This document shows positions 11,748-23,422 of a stretch of DNA of 64,000 bases, in pieces (within the stretch, counting starts at the first letter, position 1; the number at the start of each line of letters is the position of its first letter). The position numbers and the translations under genes are program-made. The DNA comes from Eukaryota sp. GEM-RC1 (Eukaryota), in the NCBI GenBank assembly GCA_040285855.1, contig JAUFOQ010000002.1:1054001-1118000 (forward strand), written 5' to 3'. The notes below the pieces were generated by a model. It had not been told where the DNA came from. It saw only the letters and a program-made list of their open reading frames with translations, and made no database searches.

Positions 11748-12608
11748 TTAACGCCGCACTTCCTTCAGTTTGTCATTGATAGCCTCAGAACTACTTCTAT
11801 AGAACTGAGTCGTCACTTCAGCAGCCTTTGAGAATCCCTTGGAAGCACTTCCTCTAAACCAATCCCATTTGTCTTTTTAAATTTGATTGAAAATCAGCCT
11901 GGGGTTCTGGTGTTCTAGTTGAACCAATACCCCCCGATGTACTCCGAAGGTACTGTTTATCAACAGTAGCAGGAGAAGATCTACGAAACTCAGGCGAAGC
12001 CCTCCTTGTGGAGTATTTGTCTTTACCTGGACCTTGTAGCCACGAGTCAAAATCGTCCACTTCAACTTTCTTTGCCCCTAGTCGTGATTGTCTCTTAGGA
12101 CGGCGTGGTGTTGCTTTCTCCACCGATTTCTGAGAAGAGTTAGATATCGAGGAGGATGGTCTTGAGATTTGTACAGGTTCCTCTTCAATTTCAACAGTGT
12201 TTGTTAGTGGGGAGTCCTGACTGTCGTCCGAATCATCCATTGTTTGCCCGGTCTGAATCTCCGTTTTGAGTTTTTGAGCATAGTTCTGCCAGTCACTGCT
12301 GCGGTACAGTCTGTTTAGCATATCGCGTTTGCGGAAAGCATCTTTGTGACCTTTAAGAACTCGTTTTCCACGATCATTGCCTCCAAATTCCATCTTTTTG
12401 ATATGTTCATCAGACCATTCGTCAAGGTCACAAGAACGAACAAAGAGATTCCAGCACCGTAACCACGGTGGGAACCAGAACAGTTGATACAGATAAAAAC
12501 ACCGAAAGTAACAGAAGCCCACGCAGGGTTCATTGAGCCACAGTCAAAACAGTATCTATTGCCACCTTTTCTTCTACATATAGCAAGTCTTTCTGAAACG
12601 GAAGGCAT
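11748..12608 (-). CDS. ADP-ribosylation factor GTPase-activating protein (ArfGAP1/2/3-type)
   Basis: Zinc finger '[29 protein letters not shown]' followed by '[10 protein letters not shown]...MEFGGN'. Homopolymer frameshifts at about 12443 and 11876. Confidence 0.9.
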
Positions 12609-12710
12609 TAAGAAAGAGATATAAGGATTTCTTAAGAGGAAAAGAAAGAAGATATCTTCTCTGAGAGGAGAAGAAGCGAAAAAGGCAATTTTCAAATTCC
12701 TCTTCACCAC

Positions 12711-13560
12711 ATGACTCCTAATATTCCTCTTTCTGTTGACAAGCAGAAATCTCTAGCACGTCTTCGAGATGTGTTTCAAGGCAAGTACCATGATAGAAAG
12801 CTCATTCAATCTCTTGACTACTTTAAGTGGAATGAGCAACAAACAATTGAAGACATCTTAGCTGGTTTGCAGTACTCCTATTTGTCTTATTTCAGAAGAA
12901 AACTCTGCTGGTGACTTTAAACCCTCCAAAACAAGAGTCAAGACTGAAACTTCAAAACCCGTCAACTCTAAACGCCAACACAACCACAAACATGCCAAAA
13001 CCCCTTCTCCACCTCCTCGGTCGTCTGATTCTGAGGCTAATCCCAATACTCCCACAGAGTCTGCTCCTCCCAAGAAAAATAAACCTAACAACAAACAAAA
13101 GGTCCGTAAGTTCTCTAAGAAGTCCGCACGTCCTACTGAATCCCCCTCTCTAGTCGTAGATCCTCTACCTGAAGCTCCTTCAGTTTCTCAGGATGTTGTA
13201 ACTGAGGTCTCTGTTCAAGCAGCCACTCCCTGTCTGGAAGAATGTGTTTCTAGTGACTCGTTTTCCCTGACCAATATCTTCCCTGATTGGGATGAAGCTC
13301 CCCCATGGACCAACGAGTTTCCAAAAGCGGAAGTTCAAATGTTTGAATCTGATGACGTTTGCGCTATTTCTCATGCTGCTGCACTTCCCTTCATTGTGGA
13401 AGATCATGACGTGATGTTTGGGTCCTTGACAGCCCCGGTTCCTCCTAAGTCTAATGTCTGTCCTGCAGTCTCTCCGTATCTTCCAGCTTGTGTTAGGGCA
13501 TTAATTGGAGTCGACCATGAGCCTACATATGAGTTTTCAGTGTCTAGTCTCGTTCTTTAA
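12711..13560 (+). CDS. N-terminal CUE/UBA-like domain protein with low-complexity tail; one intron
   Basis: Removing the 31-nt intron 12865-12895 (GTTTGC...CTTATTTCAG) gives a continuous frame to TAA 13560. The N-terminal helical motif 'LRDVF...[20 protein letters not shown]' is CUE/UBA-like. Confidence 0.6.
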
Positions 13561-14227
13561 ATTTTTGTAATATTCGTGGTTCTCTTTGTTCAATCTGTGT
13601 ACTTCTATTGATGTAATGAGTGTTTTTAGCGTTTGGTTGCGATAAATTTTCAGATGTATTGTTAATATTAGTATGTTGTTACTTCTGTATCAGAAAAGAA
13701 CGAAAGAAACTAGAACATAAAACGTCTCATAGTCATCTCAATCAAAAGAGACTCGCCAGTAAAGTTATTTCCGTTTTTACAGTGTATACGGTGTATACAT
13801 TTCTGAAAGATGAGGACATGCAGAATTGTGAGAGGAGTTGCTAATATTTGAAATATACACTACTAGTAAAACTAAAACTAAATCCAAACAACTTCATCTC
13901 TATCTGGCGAAAAGTTGTATACGGACGATTATTTTGTGAGAAACTACTATTAGTAGTAGCTCTTTGGTGTGTTCGAAAATATTTTGACTACTGTTTACTC
14001 GTACGTGTTAACACCGCTAGCATAGCTGTAGTTTATATATTTTTAGATATTCCCCAAAAAACACTCTGTTCAACCTTACCTTATAGTCTACTTATCCTAC
14101 ATCTTACACATGCAGATTACCATAAATTCTGTTCAACAAATTGTCCCGAGTGAAGGACAACAATTCGAATCAAAATATCGCTACAGATTGTTGTGAAATT
14201 TATGAAGAATTTGTTTATGACTGATGA

Positions 14228-14818
14228 TTACAGAACCAGTTTACAACCTAAAAGTCCCTGAGCAGTGCGTTTTGGAGTTAGAGAAAGTTCAACGATGGAA
14301 CCATTTCGTTCAACCAGAAGAGACATTGGATTATTCTCTGAATGATTGAGAATCTCAGTAATAGTACTCATCAAGCTTCTTTTTGTACACCCAGAGGGAA
14401 GATTTTCCACGGACAAACTACCAAATTGAAGAACTTGGTCCCCTTCTTGCAGTCCAGCTCGAAATGCGGGAGTTGCTGATGCAATCTCACCTACAGTGAA
14501 TAGTGGCACCGTTTTTTTGTGATACGAAGTCACCATTTGTTCAGTGTGATTTGCATTTGCTGTTTTGGGTAATTCTGTTTGAAGAAGGGTATATATTTGT
14601 TCATCAACATTGTTAAGATCGGTTCGCAGGAGAGCTAGTTCATGTCTTAGCGATCTGCACTGTATAATGTCAATATCAGCTCGAGGGAAGCCCTCTTCAT
14701 CAACCAACGAAGCAGAGAGACTACCTCCAAATTCATCTGTTTCTAGGATCTGCACGATTTCTTTAATACGACACTCTATCGAGTCCCGTTTGTTAATGAG
14801 GGTTTCACGAAGTGACAT
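14228..14818 (-). CDS. PSMD9: 26S proteasome assembly chaperone p27/Nas2 (PDZ)
   Basis: 'LVDEEGFPRADIDI..RSLRHEL' Nas2-N motif, a PDZ domain ('PAFRAGLQEGDQVLQFG') and C-terminal 'GLLGC'. Confidence 0.92.
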   Translation of the reverse strand: MSLRETLINKRDSIECRIKEIVQILETDEFGGSLSASLVDEEGFPRADIDIIQCRSLRHELALLRTDLNNVDEQIYTLLQTELPKTANANHTEQMVTSYHKKTVPLFTVGEIASATPAFRAGLQEGDQVLQFGSLSVENLPSGCTKRSLMSTITEILNHSENNPMSLLVERNGSIVELSLTPKRTAQGLLGCKLVL

Positions 14819-14975
14819 TATGTAAAACAAAAGCCAGAAATGTGATATCACCACCAGTCTGCCTACTTAGTATCGTCTGCAACGGAAACGTCTTAAAGTC
14901 ACTGCGAGGCTCAGCTTTGTAGTGTACAATATTGCAGTATGTTTGTCAGAGGTGTCTTATGTCACTCAAAATGTG

Positions 14976-15055
14976 GGCATTGTGGCCGAGTGGTCTAAGG
15001 CGCTGTCTTAAGGCGGCAGTGGGAAACCGCGTGGGTTCGAATCCCATCAATGTCA
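14976..15055 (+). tRNA. tRNA-Leu (anticodon AAG)
   Basis: Cloverleaf with acceptor stem GGCATTG/CAATGTC, anticodon loop TTAAGGC, long variable arm and T loop TTCGAAT. A T-run Pol III terminator follows. Confidence 0.95.
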
Positions 15056-15149
15056 ATTTTTTCAATCTATCTCTATTCATCTTTGGATAGATTATTTTTC
15101 AGTAGAACGTCAAAACAGATTCCACACATTGTTCCTCAGGAATCAACCG

Positions 15150-15850
15150 TAGTAGAATCTTTTCTGTCAAGAACTGATACAGTACACAGTAGTTTAGGTA
15201 TTGATGGTACATGTAGTAACAATGAATATGCTTGAGAGAAAAGAGGTTATTTGTTTAAAATTAGCAAAGATTATAGAACAGAAACAGTAAGATAAGTACA
15301 AAAACTAGAACTCAATAAAATAGTAAAGAAACATTCATTGTCATTAAAACTCACAACTGCTTTTTTCTTCATAGGAAATACTGAGAGCTAATAGAGCTTT
15401 CGAGAACATAATAGGAATTGATTTAAAATTTTTAAAAAGAATACGATTCAACCAAAACTTACAATCAAATTTCTTGTTCTTTTTTTTGACAACTTTCTTA
15501 AAATCAGGGAGAAAACAAAGAGGCATCTTTATCAAGTCGACCATAAATTGAATTTGCAAAAGGACATAATTTGTACTCAATATGTCTGGTATGTTTGAGA
15601 GCAATCAAGGGAACATCATATTTGTTTCTCTTAAGTTATTCTGAAAAATCAAAGGGAGACACTTCATTTTTAGCTTCTTTATATGCACTTATTTTGCAAT
15701 CATCCACAGTAATCACATCAACAACCGTCTGTTCATCATTAAACAGGTTATAGACGAAGAGGAGAAAAAGGGTAAAGACTCGCAGTCTACAAGAAATAGG
15801 GAACAAGTCAAACTCAAGACGGTCTCAATGTTGAACACAGATATGGGAGC
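15150..15850 (-). mobile_element. degenerate hAT transposase remnant
   Basis: Positions 15305-15400 align by eye with 57640-57730 inside hAT element F. The translation 'FWLNR...PIMFSKALLALSIS...SSCE' resembles the hAT dimerisation domain. Boundaries are approximate. Confidence 0.55.
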
Positions 15851-16053
15851 CAATTCTCAATCCTAGATGTACAAAAGAAATACTGGTTTGTGCAGGTGAC
15901 ACACACATACAAACAGTTCGAGATTTGTCAAGGAAGCACATTTTCGAATTTGATTCTTTTATTGGGAAACGTTTAATCACGTCGACCGGCATCATCTGAC
16001 AGTGCAAAATCATATCTCTTATAACCAACTCATCGCTTCCTCATCGCTTCCAA

Positions 16054-19000
16054 ATGTCGTCCTCTGGAATATCACTGTCTACCTCAGAAGGCGTACAGCG
16101 AGGCTTCTTAATGCGAAGTTTAATCGGTTTTGTCCGTCTCTCCCCTCAACAAGCAACTGGGTTATCAAATGTTTTCAGTCATTTCCGTATCGTTCTGGTT
16201 TTTATGCAACTGATCGCTTTTGTAGCTCGAAACATAACATTCCACGATGTATTCAACCTGCAACCTCTGTTTCTATTTATAACAGCCCCATTGTATGACG
16301 GCTTTGGTTCGGACGTCATCACTAAAACTGTTTTTTGGTCTGCCTTCGGCTTTTTGGTGTTGACTGTATCTCTACTGGGATCCTTCCTGTCAATTACTAC
16401 TACTTCTCGGACCGGCGTTTTTCTTCTACATTATCTACGATTTGTTCTAAGTGTCCTTCTCCCTGTCTCATTCATTCCTGTTTCGTCCCTCCTCTTCTCC
16501 TTCATCCCATGTGGACGAAACTTCACCCCTAAAGGTATTTCATTCACTGAAGGCCTGTCTCCTGACTGTTACTCGTCTGTCTCTTGGTTATACCGTGGTT
16601 CTGCGATCTTGGGAATCTGTGTAATACTACTGCTTGCTCTCATGTGGATGCTCTACTACGACGATGATCCATTGTCCAGACGATCTCTTGGCCGAGCGCA
16701 TTCTCGCTTTCACATTCGAATGTGTCTTATTGTGACAGGCTTAATCAGTTCCTTCTTTATTCTTCACCGACGCTTTTGGCTTTTCCGTTCTTTATACCTT
16801 CTCACTCCTCTCTTCCTCTCTTTCAAGTTCTACTTTCTTCTTCCCTTTTTAGAATTCGATCGAATCTAATTTTCATGTCATGTCTCGGTGCGTGGACTGG
16901 AGCAGCTTTTGCATTTCTTGGCCATTCTATCCTTCTTGTCTTTGGAGTTGGGACTACTGTCCTTCAAGACAGTCTCATTTATTATCTGCCAATGATAGTT
17001 TTCTCCATTGCTTGGTGGTATATTTGCCTCCTCAGAATTAAGAAAGTTGCCAATCAAATGTCACTCTTTACTAATGAATTAGTCGAAAGAGGATATTTGG
17101 ATGAACAACATCAACTAACAGATACTTTTGTAGATTCCACAACTTCTTTTGAAAATTGTCCTAAAATTTCAAATCCATATGATTTAGACGTCTTGACTAG
17201 ATGTCTTCAACCCAGACCACTCAAAAGCAAACATTTAAATTCCTTAAAAATTCTATTTTCACTATATGAACATGTTTTCGTCGACAGTATCTTATTCATT
17301 TGTTTTAAATTGTCCTTTGAAGTTCATTTATTAAAGGATTCCAATGGTGCTACTGCGACTATGAACAATTTAAAAAATCTTGATTTAGATTTACATCTTG
17401 ATGAGAGACTCTTGTTGGTTCGATTTTCTCACCAACTTGAAATTCTCCGGAGGCAACAATCAACTGGACAAAATGTCGATTCTTCTTCTTTTCTCCATTT
17501 TCAACGGCAACAAAAGGAATTAGCAATTCTTCATAATGATTGTATTGAAGGTTTGTATGCTTTTTGGTCAACTCTGGGATCTGCAAAGGTTGATTTAAGT
17601 AAGTTGCCTTCAATTTTGGAAAGAGTACAGAAATCTAAAAAGACAATCAATCTCTCCTTTTCTAAATTATTACATCAATATGGAGATCAACAATCACTTC
17701 TCCAATCATATGCTAACTACGTTCGAGACGTTGAGTGTGATGAAGAAAGAGCTTCTTCTATTGAAAATCAAGCTCAAATGTTGACGTCATCTGATAAGTC
17801 CTCCAGCCATGCACCTTCCTCTTATGGTGGAAGTCTTGCCTTAACATCCAAAACAGCTGGTCGAAAGAAGAGATCACGAGGGTCAATGTTTTCCTTCTCT
17901 GAAACTGATCACCGAGCTAAGAAATCTGCGATATCTGTTCTTCGTTCATCTGTTTCTTCTGCTCTCATTGTTATGTTACTAATAGCAAGCGCCTCCTTTT
18001 TTGTTTCTAGTTCTGTTCTCTCCTCTGTTTCCCACAGAGTTGATCAGATCTATGAACTGACTCATGTTGAACAAGGATCTCAGTGGATGGCTTTGACTTC
18101 TACTTTGCCAATGCTTTTCAAAGATTCTCTTGATACTGAGGACCTCGCTCTCGATCTCTTACGCAACTGTGAGCATTTGACTTTCCATATGCGACGACTG
18201 ACTTTAACTGAGCCCATTGATAATTATGACGAGTCTCCTTGTGAAAGAACAGGCAATCGGAAAATCAAACCTCCTAATGAAGAACTACAAACTTTAATGA
18301 GAGCATTAAGATTTCCAGTTATATTCATGCTTGAGTTTATTCCAAGAACTGAAGATGCTCGAGTTCTAAGTGCATGGACTTTGGGTTTAAGACATGCTTT
18401 AGAAACCAGTCTGTATGCCAAGAAGTTGCTAACTGGGCAAAATATTGTACTGACGGACTTACAGTTGGTATATAGTAGTTTGCAAGGGATCTCTGATGCA
18501 ACTCATCACGTTTACAGGTTTCTGATTGAGGCATCTGATGATTTCTTTCAGTTGTCTTTTATTATTCAAATTATTTCAAATTTTGTGATTCTCAGCATAA
18601 TTGTTGTAATTGGACTTCTATTGTTTGCACGATCTTTTGCAAAAATCATTGATGAACGAAATTCTATTTTAAATCTGTTTCTGTACATTCCAAAGGATGA
18701 GATTTTCAAAATATTGAATCATAAGAAATTTGATAGGATGAGAAAAAGGCTAAACCACGTTTTCAATCACGTGATCGCCTTGACTTCGACCATCAGTCCT
18801 CAGATTCGGAAACTGATCAATCGTCACCAGTAGTTCAATTGGAAACTCGTGAATCCAGTGTGAAATTGGAAAGCGTTGACCATGAAGCAATCACTGTTAA
18901 AGAGGACAAAATCATTCCAACTACTATCAAAATTCGTGTGATTGCTATCATGATCTCTATTATTCTACTTCTATTAGTATCTCTTGCCTCTTTTGTTTTC

Positions 19001-21297
19001 TTAGACGTCGAGTCTAGTGTTGATGAAATGTTTGAACATTTATCGTTGTCAGTAAATCTCAGAGGTACTGCAGCAGATATTTCTAAGTTGGACCGTGATA
19101 TTAGTGCTAGTATACATTTGTATACTGCTTTTGGCGATCAATCATACTTGATGGACTACTTTGATTTGATTGATTCAGGTCAACGATCACGTTTGATTTC
19201 TGATGTGATCTCTTTAGAACTTTCCTCTGATGAACTGACAACTTTAAGTGAGGCAGGTACCATTTTAAATGAGATTCGATATTTGGAATATATTGCTGGA
19301 AGTTTAACTGCTTCAGTTTTCAAACCACATCCAAAGCTAAATGATAGATTTGACGGATTTAGCTATAATTTTACATCAGAAACCAATTATTTCCGAAAAT
19401 ATTTAAATTATCCCGAGTCTTTGTGGTATGCTTCCCTTAACGATGACGTCCTACTTCCTGATGCAGATCGTTTGCAACTCGCTAGAGACGTTCTTTCCAA
19501 TAGGAGATGGGTTGATCTCTTTCTAGGATTGATGGATGCTATTGAAGGAACTGCTGACTTCATTACAGGATCTAGGGCCGGTTTAATAGAAGATCTGTTG
19601 AACTCTACAGTTGTTGGGTTTGAATTTTCAAATATGTTGGCGACTGCATTTTCAGTAATTTGTTTAATTTTGTTCATTATTGTCTTCAAGCAACGAAAAC
19701 ATTTAAAATTTGGGAAGTTTATACTGTTTATCTTAGCACTTTCCATTGCTGCCCTTGTTACTATCTCATTAGTCGTAAACACCGAAGCTTCTGATATATT
19801 ATTTACCGAATTAGAAGATTTATTCCGCAATTCTCTTGATGTGTATCTGCGTGCGGTTGATGCTGAGTGGAATTTCAACAGTGTCAGAAGGAGAGCTCAC
19901 CTCCTGCCATTTCTGGGTGATTTTGATCACTACTTGATTGGTAATTCCAGTTATCACGTATTACTGGACCTTTTTGATTGGTTTCATACAGCTGCTTTAA
20001 ATGAATCACTTTTGAGCTCTGTTTTTAATGAAATGTCGGATTTTGCTTCGGGAATTCAACCACAATTAGATGAGTTTGTCAAACGATTTACTATTGCTGG
20101 AAAATTAGTTGCCAGTTTGTCAACTGTTGATCCCATTTACGACTTTGATAACGTCACCTGGAATTTCCAAGATTTACTCCTCTCAGAAGAAGACTTCTGG
20201 AGACTTCCTTGTGGCGATCTCTCCTTAACTAATGACTCTTTTGATCTGCAAAGATCTGACGAAGATAAACTCGAGTTAGCCTTGTGCTTAGTCAGCTCAA
20301 GACATTTCAGATCGATTTCTACTGGAATTGCTAGTCAGCTTCAGAAGTTTAGACAGGATGTTGCTACTTCTCTTCTTGGAGTTTCTGCTACTTCTCTATC
20401 TTCATTTCACTCGTCAATGTATTTGTTGTTTAATATTCTGATGGCGTTGATCGTCCTAGTGTTCTTCTTTTGCCTTTTCTTTATTGTATTTGGTCTTCCA
20501 GAAAGACAAAAAGAAACACATGTTCAACAAGTAATTAGTTTTGCGTTGGTAAATTACTTCACCAGACAGTATATTCTGTCACTTTTAGCTCTATTTTTAA
20601 TTCTATCTGCGTTTTATCTAGGTTCTTTGTTTGCTTTCTCTCATTTAAGACCTTTTCCCGAATTAATGATGAAATATGGTCAACGAAGCTCTCTGCCTGG
20701 AGAAATCACTGCCTTGCTGGCAAATTCCTTTGTTGAAGACAGCAGATCAGAAGAAATCTTGGACATTGCGTTTGAAAAGAATATCAAACTATTACGTCTT
20801 CATCACTCATTAGTCGTTAATTTCATTGATGACGATAAGAGGCAATCTGAGCTCTTATTCGACACCCAGTTTCCTGATTTGAAACGTAGTTATGAAAGCT
20901 ATGAAGCTGGACATGGACTTCACCCCTAACAATTCATTTTATCAATGTAGTAGAAAGGTTTTCTCTTAAGGAAGTTGACCAGGATTTGACACCAGAAGGT
21001 CACGATTTCCAATCAATTTTGACTCTATCAAAAACAATCACGGAACATTCACTTGATTCTTCTGATTTGTTGAGGGAATTCGTGGTTACTATTGTGAATA
21101 GGTATAATGTTTTTATATTAGTTGTGTTTATTGTTTTTATTGTCGCATTATGTTTTTCGTACTTAATTATTTTTAAAAGAATGCTTAGTCGACTAGAAGA
21201 GGAAGAATCTATGACTTTTGAATTTTTAGACATGCTGTCTGACGATATTCTAGCTGAAGTTCCATTAATTGCAGAGCATTTGTCAAATTATACGTAA
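16054..21297 (+). CDS. TmcB/TmcC-like large multi-pass membrane protein (three homopolymer frameshifts)
   Basis: N-terminal multi-TM block, then a TmcB-type TPR-like segment ('FWSTL...LLQSYANYVRDV..DEERA'), then repeated TM-extracellular-TM units. Single-base fixes at about 16848, 18744 and 20924 join four ORFs. Confidence 0.75.
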
Positions 21298-21342
21298 ATT
21301 TGTAAATTGTTGACATTGTATTAAAATGTAGAATAAACGAAA

Positions 21343-22071
21343 TTATTCAACTTTGCCTTTAAAACTTTCAAACAATTTCTTGAGTAGAAGATAAAACCAG
21401 TAGAAGTTCAAGACACTTCCAACAACAATGCCAAAGAAAATAATTCCACCAGGAACAGCACGCAGAACTTCCCAGTATTGATTCCAATTCGTCATCATAA
21501 TAGGAATGTACAGCAGCGATTGAAGAACTCTAAAAGGAATCCAACACAGTACTAACAGCACAGCTATGACCTTTATCAGCCAATGATTCTGGTAATAAGT
21601 CCAGCTTCGTAAAATCCAGATAGAGTGTAATAGAGGAGTTGTACACTCGGTTAGTAGTTGAAAGTACAAGAAGAAGGCCCCCCTTTGAGCAAAAGCAACA
21701 GCACAGAGGCATAGGAGAGAAGTGCCATGGTGTAGAGTATTGGCAAGAGATCTATCTTTAAGGATAAACAAACATAACATTATGTCATACAGAAAGTACC
21801 CACAACTGCAACCTAACAGAATTGAAGTGTGGACTGAATACGAGATAATGATATGTTGAAAGTCCATTGAAGTGATACAAAGAGCAGCATAAACAAATGA
21901 AAACAAGGCATGACAAACCGAAACTAACTTAGAAGCCATTTGTCGTTGACGTGAAGAATCTAAGCTGTTGAACCGCAGACAAACGGAATAAAAGACATTA
22001 AACAAAAAATAGCATACAACAGTCGATGCAACAGTAGACTTGCTGAAGACTGAAAAGAGGTGAGCATTCAT
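21343..22071 (-). CDS. TLC (TRAM/LAG1/CLN8) domain membrane protein
   Basis: Motifs 'VSVCHA', 'GYFLYD', 'LHH', 'ECTTPLLH', 'FRV' and 'LNFYWF'. The first ATG is at 22071. Confidence 0.88.
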   Translation of the reverse strand: MNAHLFSVFSKSTVASTVVCYFLFNVFYSVCLRFNSLDSSRQRQMASKLVSVCHALFSFVYAALCITSMDFQHIIISYSVHTSILLGCSCGYFLYDIMLCLFILKDRSLANTLHHGTSLLCLCAVAFAQRGAFFLYFQLLTECTTPLLHSIWILRSWTYYQNHWLIKVIAVLLVLCWIPFRVLQSLLYIPIMMTNWNQYWEVLRAVPGGIIFFGIVVGSVLNFYWFYLLLKKLFESFKGKVE

Positions 22072-22114
22072 GGTCTTGACTATAGTATGAAATTCTGTTT
22101 CGAAGTCAATTTTG

Positions 22115-23185
22115 ATGTCCACATTTTCTTCCTTAAAACCTCAGTTTGAAAGCTTTTTCGATGACTTCTGGGTTTCTCTTGTAGATGCTACTGTAGAGGA
22201 AATTCATGTATCTCCTTCAGTCCGATCAGAAATTCGAACTCACGTTGAAGAACTCCTGGCATATAATCTTAAAAACGGAAAGTTCCTCAGAGGTATCTGT
22301 GTTGTAGAGACCGCTAAACAGCTATTTCAGTCACGATCCTCTGTTTTTTCTGAAAATGACCTACAATTAGCCTCATATTTGGGTTGGAGCGTTGAGATTC
22401 TCCAAGCAGCGTTTCTAGTTGCAGACGATGTCATGGACAACTCTGATATTAGAAGGGGACAACCAGCTTGGCACAAACGTCGTGGTGTTGGTCTTGCTGC
22501 TGTCAATGATGCGTTTCTCCTAGAATCCTTAGCATACAAAGCTCTTGACATCTTCTTTCAAGATCATCCCAAGAAACATCAAATGTGTGATCTTATCCGC
22601 TTTGTTTCTCGTGTTACTGAGTGGGGACAGTTCCTGGACACTTTAGGAACGCAGGTACCAGTGGAAGCCATGGAACCTGATCTACACTCCGCCATTTGTA
22701 CATACAAAACCTCGTTCTACACATTCTTTTTACCTGTTTCTCTTGGTTTATTGTATTGTAATGTTGATATCTCTGCTGAACTTTCTTCTTCTATTTCTTC
22801 ACTCACAAAGCTTGTTGGCCATTTGTTCCAAGTGCAAGATGACTATCTGGATGTGTTTGGAGACGAGGAAGTCGTTGGAAAACCTAGTACCGATTTGATT
22901 GAAAGGAAGTGTGCTTGGCCTTTGGTGTTTGCTTTGAACAAGAGTTCTAAGAGTGGAGGTGAAGTCTATGGTAAGTTGGTTTCAGCTGTTGAAAGTGGGG
23001 ACGTGTCAGAGGTTAAGTCAATTATCCATGAATTAGATATTAAATCTCATTTTAAGGAAGCCGAAAGTCAATTACTTACCGAAATTTATGGTATTATGCA
23101 GCAAAAAAGTGATTCTGTTGAGTTGTGTTGTGTTTCTGAAGTATTGAAAAGAATTGTGGATTATCTAATTGGCAGGAGAAAGTGA
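22115..23185 (+). CDS. FDPS: farnesyl/geranylgeranyl diphosphate synthase (trans-prenyltransferase)
   Basis: 'GKFLRG', FARM 'DDVMD..RRG.P.W', 'GQFLD', 'YKT', SARM 'FQVQDDYLD' and C-terminal 'RRK'. Confidence 0.93.
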   Translation: MSTFSSLKPQFESFFDDFWVSLVDATVEEIHVSPSVRSEIRTHVEELLAYNLKNGKFLRGICVVETAKQLFQSRSSVFSENDLQLASYLGWSVEILQAAFLVADDVMDNSDIRRGQPAWHKRRGVGLAAVNDAFLLESLAYKALDIFFQDHPKKHQMCDLIRFVSRVTEWGQFLDTLGTQVPVEAMEPDLHSAICTYKTSFYTFFLPVSLGLLYCNVDISAELSSSISSLTKLVGHLFQVQDDYLDVFGDEEVVGKPSTDLIERKCAWPLVFALNKSSKSGGEVYGKLVSAVESGDVSEVKSIIHELDIKSHFKEAESQLLTEIYGIMQQKSDSVELCCVSEVLKRIVDYLIGRRK

Positions 23186-23422
23186 CGATTGTGTGTACAT
23201 ACAAATATACAATAAATTAAGGTGACTTAAACTTTGCACAGTACCAACATTATCTCAAAGTAATCAATTCAAACATCTGTCGAACACTTGCGATCCCATT
23301 CGAATTCACAGACAGTCAAACGATAAGTTGTCTGCTTCACGGTCCAAAGGCTTGCAAAATATCAGACATCCATAGTAAAGTACATTAACAATACAACAAA
23401 AATTTATTACACACAAAAATAT

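Noticed and set aside
14850..14960. Possible structured RNA (ACG-GAAA-CGT tetraloop) upstream of the tRNA
   Set aside because: It is too short and lacks properly spaced RNase P/MRP or SRP conserved regions.
22072..22122. Overlap of the TLC and FPPS coding regions (and of DCAF7 with Cdc6) in the ORF track
   Set aside because: This is an artefact of non-ATG or too-early starts. The likely ATG starts leave 43-44 bp gaps.
23290..23380. SECIS-like hairpin (GTGAA-GCAGACA...TGTCTG-TGAA) and U14-like GGATGTCTGA on the minus strand
   Set aside because: There is no apical AA motif, no in-frame TGA in the adjacent gene, and no box C or U14 domain A upstream.
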